From NCBI GenBank assembly GCA_964016885.1, contig OZ024751.1:2542001-2606000 (forward strand): a stretch of 64,000 nt of DNA, given 5' to 3'. Source of the stretch: Eledone cirrhosa (Eukaryota). The stretch's first letter is position 1. Each line of letters starts with the position of its first letter. The notes beneath the pieces were generated by a model. That model was given only the letters and a program-made list of their open reading frames with translations, was not told where the DNA came from and did no database searches. This document shows, in pieces, positions 53,681 through 62,995 of this stretch. A program made the position numbers and the translations under genes.

Positions 53681-56600
53681 GTTTAACTGTCATGCTGAAC
53701 CTTCTATGTTGAACTGTCATGCTGAACCTTCCCTGTTGAACTGTCATGTTGGACCTTCTCTGTTTAACTGTCATATTGAACTTTCTCTGTTGAACTGTCA
53801 TGCTGAACCTTCCCTATTGAACTGTCATGTTGAATCTTCTCTGTTGAACTGTCATATTGAACCTTCTCTGTTGAACTGTCCTGTTGGACATTCTCTGTTG
53901 AACTGTCATATTTAACCTTCTCTGTAGAACTGTCATATTGAACCTATTTGCTTAACTGTGATATTGAACTTTCTCTGTTGAACTGTCATGCTGAACCTTC
54001 CCTATTAAACTGTCATGTTGAATCTTCTCTGTTGAACTGTCATATTGAACCTTCTCTGTTGAACTGTCCTGTTGGACATTCTCTGTTGAACTGTCATATT
54101 GAACCTTCTCTGTAGAACTGTCATATTGAACCTATTTGCTTAACTGTGATATTGAACTTTCTCTGTTGAACTGTCATGTGTGAACCTTCCCTATTGAACT
54201 GTCATGTTGGACCTTCTCTGTTTAACTGTCATGTTGGACCGTCTCTGTTGAACTGTCATATTGAACCTTCTCTGTTTAACTATCATATTGAACTTTCTCT
54301 GTTGAACTGTCATGCTGAACCTTCCCTATTGAACTGTCATGTTGAATCTTCTCTGTTTAACTGTCATATTGAACATTCTCTGTTCAACTGTCATGCTGAA
54401 CCTTCCCTGTTGAACTGTCATGTTGAACCTTCTCTGTTGAACTATCATACTGAACCTTCTCTATGTTGAAAAGTCGTATTGAACCTTTCCTGTTGAACTG
54501 TCATGTTGGACCTTCCCTGTTGAACTGTCATGCTGAACCTTCCCTGTTGAACTGTCATGCTGAACCTTCCCTGTTTAACTGTCATGCTGAACCTTCTCTG
54601 TTGAACTGTCATATTGAAATTTCTCTGTTGACATGTGATGCTGAATCTTCCCTGTTTAACTGTCATGCTGAACCTTCCCTGTTTAATTGTCATATCTAAC
54701 TTTCTCTGTTGAACTGTCATGCTGAACCTTCCCTCTTGAACTATCATATTGAACCTTCTCTATTGAACTGTCATATTGAACCTTCATTTTGGAACTGTCA
54801 TGTTCGACCTTCTCTGTAGAACTGTCATATTGAACCTTTTCTGTTTAACTGTCATATTGAACCTTCTCTGTTGAACTGTCATACTGAACCTTCTCTGTTG
54901 AACTGTCTCATTGAACCTTCCCTGTTGAGCTGTCATGTTGGACCTTCCCTGTTGAACTGCCATGTTGCACATTCTCTGTTGAACTGTCATATTGAACTTT
55001 CTCTGTTGAACTGTCATGCTGAATCGTCCCTGTTGAACTGTCTTGCTGAACCTTCCCTGTTGAACTGTCATATTGAACCTTCTCTGTTGAACTGTCATGC
55101 TGAACCTTCCTTGTTGAACTATCATATTGAACCTTCTCTGTTGAACTGCCATGTTGGACCTTCTCTGTTTAACTGTCATATTGAACCTTCTCTGTTTGAC
55201 TTTCATATTGAACCTTCTCTGTTGAACTGTAATATTGAACCTTCTCTGTTTAACTGTCATATTGAACTTTCTCTGTTTAACTGTCATATTGAACTTTCTC
55301 TGTTGAACTCTCATGCTGAACCTTCCTTGTTGAACTGTCATCTTGAACCTTCTCTGTTGAACTGTCATGCTGAACCTTCCCTGTTTAACTGTCATGCTGA
55401 ACCTTCTATGTTGAACTGTCATGCTGAACCTTCCCTGTTGAACTGTCATGTTGCACCTTCTCTGTTTAACTGTCATATTGAACTTTGTCTGTTGAACTGT
55501 CATGCTGAACCTTCCCTATTAAACTGTCATGTTGAATCTTCTCTGTTGAACTGTCATATTGAACCTTCTCTGTTGAACTGTCCTGTTGGACATTCTCTGT
55601 TGAACTGTCATATTGAACCTTCTCTGTAGAACTGTCATATTGAACCTATTTGCTTAACTGTGATATTGAACTTTCTCTGTTGAACTGTCATACTGAACCT
55701 TCTCTGTTGAACTGTCATATTGAACATTCTCTGTTGAACTGTCATGTGTGAACCTTCCCTATTGAACTGTCATGTTGGACCTTCTCTGTTTAACTGTCAT
55801 GTTGGACCGTCTCTGTTGAACTGTCATATTGAACCTTCTCTGTTTAACTATCATATTGAACTTTCTCTGTTCAACTGTCATGCTGAACCTTCCCTGTTGA
55901 ACTGTCATGTTGGACCGTCTCTGTTGAACTGTCATATTGAACCTTCTCTGTTTAACTATCATATTGAACATTCTCTGTTGAACTGTCATGCTGAACCTTC
56001 CCTATTGAACTGTCATGTTGAATCTTCTCTGTTTAACTGTCATATTGAACATTCTCTGTTCAACTGTCATGCTGAACCTTTCCTGTTGAACTGTCATGTT
56101 GGACCTTCCCTGTTGAACTGTCATGCTGAACCTTCCCTGTTGAACTGTCATGCTGAACCTTCCCTGTTTAACTGTCATGCTGAACCTTCTCTGTTGAACT
56201 GTCATATTGAAATTTCTCTGTTGACATGTGATGCTGAATCTTCCCTGTTTAACTGTCATGCTGAACCTTCCCTGTTTAATTGTCATATCTAACTTTCTCT
56301 GTTGAACTGTCATGCTGAACCTTCCCTCTTGAACTATCATATTGAACCTTCTCTATTGAACTGTCATATTGAACCTTCATTTTGGAACTGTCATGTTCGA
56401 CCTTCTCTGTAGAACTGTCATATTGAACCTTTTCTGTTTAACTGTCATATTGAACCTTCTCTGTTGAACTGTCATACTGAACCTTCTCTGTTGAACTGTC
56501 TTATTGAACCTTCCCTGTTGAGCTGTCATGTTGGACCTTCCCTGTTGAACTGTCATGTTGCACATTCTCTGTTGAACTGTCATATTGAACTTTCTCTGTT

Positions 56601-59480
56601 GAACTGTCATGCTGAATCGTCCCTGTTGAACTGTCTTGCTGAACCTTCCCTGTTGAACTGTCATCTTGAACCTTCTCTGTTGAACTGTCATACTGAACCT
56701 TCTCTGTTGAACTGTCGTATTGAACCCTCTCTGTTGAACTGTCATGTTGGACATTCCCTGTTTAACTCTCATATTGAACCTTCCCTGATTAACTGTCATA
56801 TTGAACTTTCCCTGTTGAACTGTCATGCTGAACCGACCCTGTTGAACTGTCATGTTGAACCTTCTCTGTTTAACTGTCAAGCTGAACCTTCTCTGTTGAA
56901 CTGTCATATTGAACTTTCTCTGTTTAACTGTCATATTGAACTTTCTCTGTTGAACTATCATGCTGAACCTTCCCTGTTGAACTGTCATATTGAACCTTCT
57001 CTGTTGAACTGTCATGCTGAACCTTCCTTGTTGAACTATCATATTGAACCTTCTCTGTTGAACTGCCATGTTGGACCTTCTCTGTTTAACTGTCATATTG
57101 AACCTTCTCTGTTTGACTTTCATATTGAACCTTCTCTGTTGAACTGTAATATTGAACCTTCTCTGTTTAACTGTCATATTGAACTTTCTCTGTTTAATTG
57201 TCATATTGAACTTTCTCTGTTGAACTCTCATGCTGAACCTTCCTTGTTGAACTGTCATCTTGAACCTTCTCTGTTGAACTGTCATGCTGAACCTTCCCTG
57301 TTTAACTGTCATGCTGAACCTTCTATGTTGAACTGTCATGCTGAACCTTCCCTGTTGAACTGTCATGTTGGACCTTCTCTGTTTAACTGTCATATTGAAC
57401 TTTCTCTGTTGAACTGTCATGCTGAACCTTCCCTATTGAACTGTCATGTTGAATCTTCTCTGTTGAACTGTCATATTGAACCTTCTCTGTTGAACTGTCC
57501 TGTTGGACATTCTCTGTTGAACTGTCATATTTAACCTTCTCTGTAGAACTGTCATATTGAACCTATTTGCTTAACTGTGATATTGAACTTTCTCTGTTGA
57601 ACTGTCATGCTGAACCTTCCCTATTAAACTGTCATGTTGAATCTTCTCTGTTGAACTGTCATATTGAACCTTCTCTGTTGAACTGTCCTGTTGGACATTC
57701 TCTGTTGAACTGTCATATTGAACCTTCTCTGTAGAACTGTCATATTGAACCTATTTGCTTAACTGTGATATTGAACTTTCTCTGTTGAACTGTCATGTGT
57801 GAACCTTCCCTATTGAACTGTCATGTTGGACCTTCTCTGTTTAACTGTCATGTTGGACCGTCTCTGTTGAACTGTCATATTGAACCTTCTCTGTTTAACT
57901 ATCATATTGAACTTTCTCTGTTGAACTGTCATGCTGAACCTTCCCTATTGAACTGTCATGTTGAATCTTCTCTGTTTAACTGTCATATTGAACATTCTCT
58001 GTTCAACTGTCATGCTGAACCTTCCCTGTTGAACTGTCATGTTGAACCTTCTCTGTTGAACTATCATACTGAACCTTCTCTATGTTGAAAAGTCGTATTG
58101 AACCTTTCCTGTTGAACTGTCATGTTGGACCTTCCCTGTTGAACTGTCATGCTGAACCTTCCCTGTTGAACTGTCATGCTGAACCTTCCCTGTTTAACTG
58201 TCATGCTGAACCTTCTCTGTTGAACTGTCATATTGAAATTTCTCTGTTGACATGTGATGCTGAATCTTCCCTGTTTAACTGTCATGCTGAACCTTCCCTG
58301 TTTAATTGTCATATCTAACTTTCTCTGTTGAACTGTCATGCTGAACCTTCCCTCTTGAACTATCATATTGAACCTTCTCTATTGAACTGTCATATTGAAC
58401 CTTCATTTTGGAACTGTCATGTTCGACCTTCTCTGTAGAACTGTCATATTGAACCTTTTCTGTTTAACTGTCATATTGAACCTTCTCTGTTGAACTGTCA
58501 TACTGAACCTTCTCTGTTGAACTGTCTCATTGAACCTTCCCTGTTGAGCTGTCATGTTGGACCTTCCCTGTTGAACTGCCATGTTGCACATTCTCTGTTG
58601 AACTGTCATATTGAACTTTCTCTGTTGAACTGTCATGCTGAATCGTCCCTGTTGAACTGTCTTGCTGAACCTTCCCTGTTGAACTGTCATATTGAACCTT
58701 CTCTGTTGAACTGTCATGCTGAACCTTCCTTGTTGAACTATCATATTGAACCTTCTCTGTTGAACTGCCATGTTGGACCTTCTCTGTTTAACTGTCATAT
58801 TGAACCTTCTCTGTTTGACATTCATATTGAACCTTCTCTGTTGAACTGTAATATTGAACCTTCTCTGTTTAACTGTCATATTGAACTTTCTCTGTTTAAC
58901 TGTCATATTGAACTTTCTCTTTTGAACTCTCATGCTGAACCTTCCTTGTTGAACTGTCATCTTGAACCTTCTCTGTTGAACTGTCATGCTGAACCTTCCC
59001 TGTTTAACTGTCATGCTGAACCTTCTATGTTGAACTGTCATGCTGAACCTTCCCTGTTGAACTGTCATGTTGCACCTTCTCTGTTTAACTGTCATATTGA
59101 ACTTTCTCTGTTGAACTGTCATGCTGAACCTTCCCTATTGAACTGTCATGTTGAATCTTCTCTATTGAACTGTCATATTGAACCTTCTCTGTTGAACTGC
59201 CTGTTGGACATTCTCTGTTGAACTGTCATATTGAACCTTCTCTGTAGAACTGTCATATTGAACCTATTTGCTTAACTGTGATATTGAACTTTCTCTGTTG
59301 AACTGTCATACTGAACCTTCTCTGTTGAACTGTCATATTGAACATTCTCTGTTGAACTGTCATGTGTGAACCTTCCCTATTGAACTGTCATGTTGGACCT
59401 TCTCTGTTTAACTGTCATGTTGGACCGTCTCTGTTGAACTGTCATATTGAACCTTCTCTGTTTAACTATCATATTGAACT
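51880..59480. repeat. Near-identical tandem duplication, 3619-bp period (134 monomers +1 bp), itself made of related 2051 and 1568 bp subunits
   Basis: ORFs 52125/55744, 52845/56464, 54176/57795, 54463/58082 and 54871/58490 are all offset by 3619. The catgtgtgaac marker is spaced 2051, 1568, 2051, 1567. Confidence 0.95.
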
Positions 59481-59649
59481 TTCTCTGTTGAACTGTCATG
59501 TTGAACCTTCCCTGTTGAACTGTTATGCTGAACCTTCCCTGTTGAACTGTCATGCTGAACCTTCCCTGTTTAACTGTCATGCTGAACCTTCTCTGTTGAA
59601 CTGTCATATTGAACTTTCTCTGTTGACATGTGATGCTGAATCTTCCCTG

Positions 59650-62600
59650 TTTAACTGTCATGCTGAACCTTCCCTGTTTAATTGTCATATCGAACTTTCT
59701 CTGTTGAACTCTCATACTGAACCTTCTCTGTTGAACTGTCATATTGAACATTCTCTGTTGAACTGTCATGCTGAACCTTCCCTCTTGAACTATCATATTG
59801 AACTTTCTCTGCTTATCTGTCATATTGAACTTTCTCTGTTGAACTATCATGCTGAACCTTCCTTGTTGAACTGTCATGTTGAACCTTCTCTGTTGAACTG
59901 TCATATTGAACCTTCTCTTTTGAACTGTCATGTTGGACCTTCTCTATTGAACTGTCATATTGAACCTTCTCTGTAGAATTGTCATACTGAACCTTCTCTG
60001 TTGAACTGTCATATTGAAATTCTCTGTTGAGCTGTCATGCTGAACCTTCTGTGTTTAACTGTCATATCGAACCTTCTCTGTTTAACTGTCATATTGAACT
60101 TTCTCTGTTGAACTGTCATACTGAACCTTCTCTGTTGAACTGTCTTATTGAACCTTCCCTGTTGAGCTGTCATGTTGGACCTTCCCTGTTGAACTGTCAT
60201 GTTGCACATTCTCTGTTGAACTGTCATATTGAACTTTCTCTGTTGAACTGTCATGCTGAATATGTCCCTGTTGAACTGTCATACTGAACCTTCTCTGTTG
60301 AACTGTCGTATTGAATCCTCTCTGTTGAACTGTCATGTTGGACATTCCCTGTTTAACTCTCATATTGAGCCTTCCCTGATTAACTGTCATATTGAACTTT
60401 CCCTGTTGAACTGTCATGCTGAACCGTCCCTGTTGAACTGTCATGTTGAACCTTCTCTGTTTAACTGTCAAGCTGAAACTTCTCTGTTGAACTGTCATAT
60501 TGAACTTTCTCTGTTTAACTGTCATGTTGAACTTTCTCTGTTGAACTGTCATGCTGAACCTTCCCTGTTGAACTGTCATATTGAACCTTCTCTGTTGAAC
60601 TGTCATGCTGAACCTTCCTTGTTGAACTATCATATTGAACCTTCTCTGTTGAACTGCCATGTTGGACCTTCTCTGTTTAACTGTCATATTGAACCTTCTC
60701 TGTTTGACTTTCATATTGAACCTTCTCTGTTGAACTGTCACGCTGAACCTTCTCTGTTGAACTGTCATGCTGAACCTTCTCTGTTGAACTGTCATATTGA
60801 ACCTTCCCTTTTGAACTGTCATATTGGACCTTCTCTGTTGAACTGTCATATTGAACATTCTCTGTTGAGCTGTCATGATGAACCTTCTCTGTTTAACTGT
60901 CATATCGAACCTTCTCTGTTTAACTGTTATATTGAACTTTCTCTGTTGAACTGTCATGCTGAATCTTACCTGTTGAACTGTCATGTTGAATCTTCTCAGT
61001 TGAACTCATATTGAACATTCTCTGTTGAGCTATCATGCTGAACCTTCTCTGTTTAACTGTCATATTGAACCTTCTCTGTTTAACTGTCATATTGAACTTT
61101 CTCTGTTGAACTGTCATGCTGAACCTTCCATGTTGAACTGTCATGCTGAACCTTCCCTGTTTAACTGTCATATTGAACTTTCTCTGTTCAACTGTCATGC
61201 TGAACCTTCCCTGTTGAACTGTCATGTTGAACCTTCTCTGTTGAACTGTCATGCTGAACCTTCCTTGTTGAACTATCATATTGAACCTTCTCTGTTGAAC
61301 TGCCATGTTGGACCTTCTCTGTTTAACTGTCATGCTGAACCTTCCCTGTTTAATTGTCATATCGAACTTTCTCTGTTGAACTGTCATACTGAACCTTCTC
61401 TGTTGAACTGTCATATTGAACATTCTCTGTTGAACTGTCATGCTGAACCTTCCCTCTTGAACTATCATATTGAACTTTCTCTGCTTATCTGTCATATTGA
61501 ACTTTCTCTGTTGAACTATCATGCTGAACCTTCCTTGTTGAACTGTCATGTTGAACCTTCTCTGTTGAACTGTCATATTGAACCTTCTCTTTTGAACTGT
61601 CATGTTGGACCTTCTCTATTGAACTGTCATATTGAACCTTCTCTGTAGAATTGTCATACTGAACCTTCTCTGTTGAACTGTCATATTGAAATTCTCTGTT
61701 GAGCTGTCATGCTGAACCTTCTGTGTTTAACTGTCATATCGAACCTTCTCTGTTTAACTGTCATATTGAACTTTCTCTGTTGAACTGTCATACTGAACCT
61801 TCTCTGTTGAACTGTCTTATTGAACCTTCCCTGTTGAGCTGTCATGTTGGACCTTCCCTGTTGAACTGTCATGTTGCACATTCTCTGTTGAACTGTCATA
61901 TTGAACTTTCTCTGTTGAACTGTCATGCTGAATATGTCCCTGTTGAACTGTCATACTGAACCTTCTCTGTTGAACTGTCGTATTGAATCCTCTCTGTTGA
62001 ACTGTCATGTTGGACATTCCCTGTTTAACTCTCATATTGAGCCTTCCCTGATTAACTGTCATATTGAACTTTCCCTGTTGAACTGTCATGCTGAACCGTC
62101 CCTGTTGAACTGTCATGTTGAACCTTCTCTGTTTAACTGTCAAGCTGAAACTTCTCTGTTGAACTGTCATATTGAACTTTCTCTGTTTAACTGTCATGTT
62201 GAACTTTCTCTGTTGAACTGTCATGCTGAACCTTCCCTGTTGAACTGTCATATTGAACCTTCTCTGTTGAACTGTCATGCTGAACCTTCCTTGTTGAACT
62301 ATCATATTGAACCTTCTCTGTTGAACTGCCATGTTGGACCTTCTCTGTTTAACTGTCATATTGAACCTTCTCTGTTTGACTTTCATATTGAACCTTCTCT
62401 GTTGAACTGTCACGCTGAACCTTCTCTGTTGAACTGTCATGCTGAACCTTCTCTGTTGAACTGTCATATTGAACCTTCCCTTTTGAACTGTCATATTGGA
62501 CCTTCTCTGTTGAACTGTCATATTGAACATTCTCTGTTGAGCTGTCATGATGAACCTTCTCTGTTTAACTGTCATATCGAACCTTCTCTGTTTAACTGTT

Positions 62601-62995
62601 ATATTGAACTTTCTCTGTTGAACTGTCATGCTGAATCTTACCTGTTGAACTGTCATGTTGAATCTTCTCAGTTGAACTCATATTGAACATTCTCTGTTGA
62701 GCTATCATGCTGAACCTTCTCTGTTTAACTGTCATATTGAACCTTCTCTGTTTAACTGTCATATTGAACTTTCTCTGTTGAACTGTCATGCTGAACCTTC
62801 CATGTTGAACTGTCATGCTGAACCTTCCCTGTTTAACTGTCATATTGAACTTTCTCTGTTCAACTGTCATGCTGAACCTTCCCTGTTGAACTGTCATGTT
62901 GAACCTTCTCTGTTGAACTGTCATGCTGAACCTTCCTTGTTGAACTATCATATTGAACCTTCTCTGTTGAACTGCCATGTTGGACCTTCTCTGTT
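59650..62995. repeat. Near-identical tandem duplication, 1672-bp period (62 monomers minus 2 bp)
   Basis: ORFs 60009/61681, 60027/61699, 60253/61925 and 61025/62697 are offset by 1672; shared indels gaaattctctg (-1), gaatatgtccc (+1) and ttgaactcata (-2). Confidence 0.95.
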
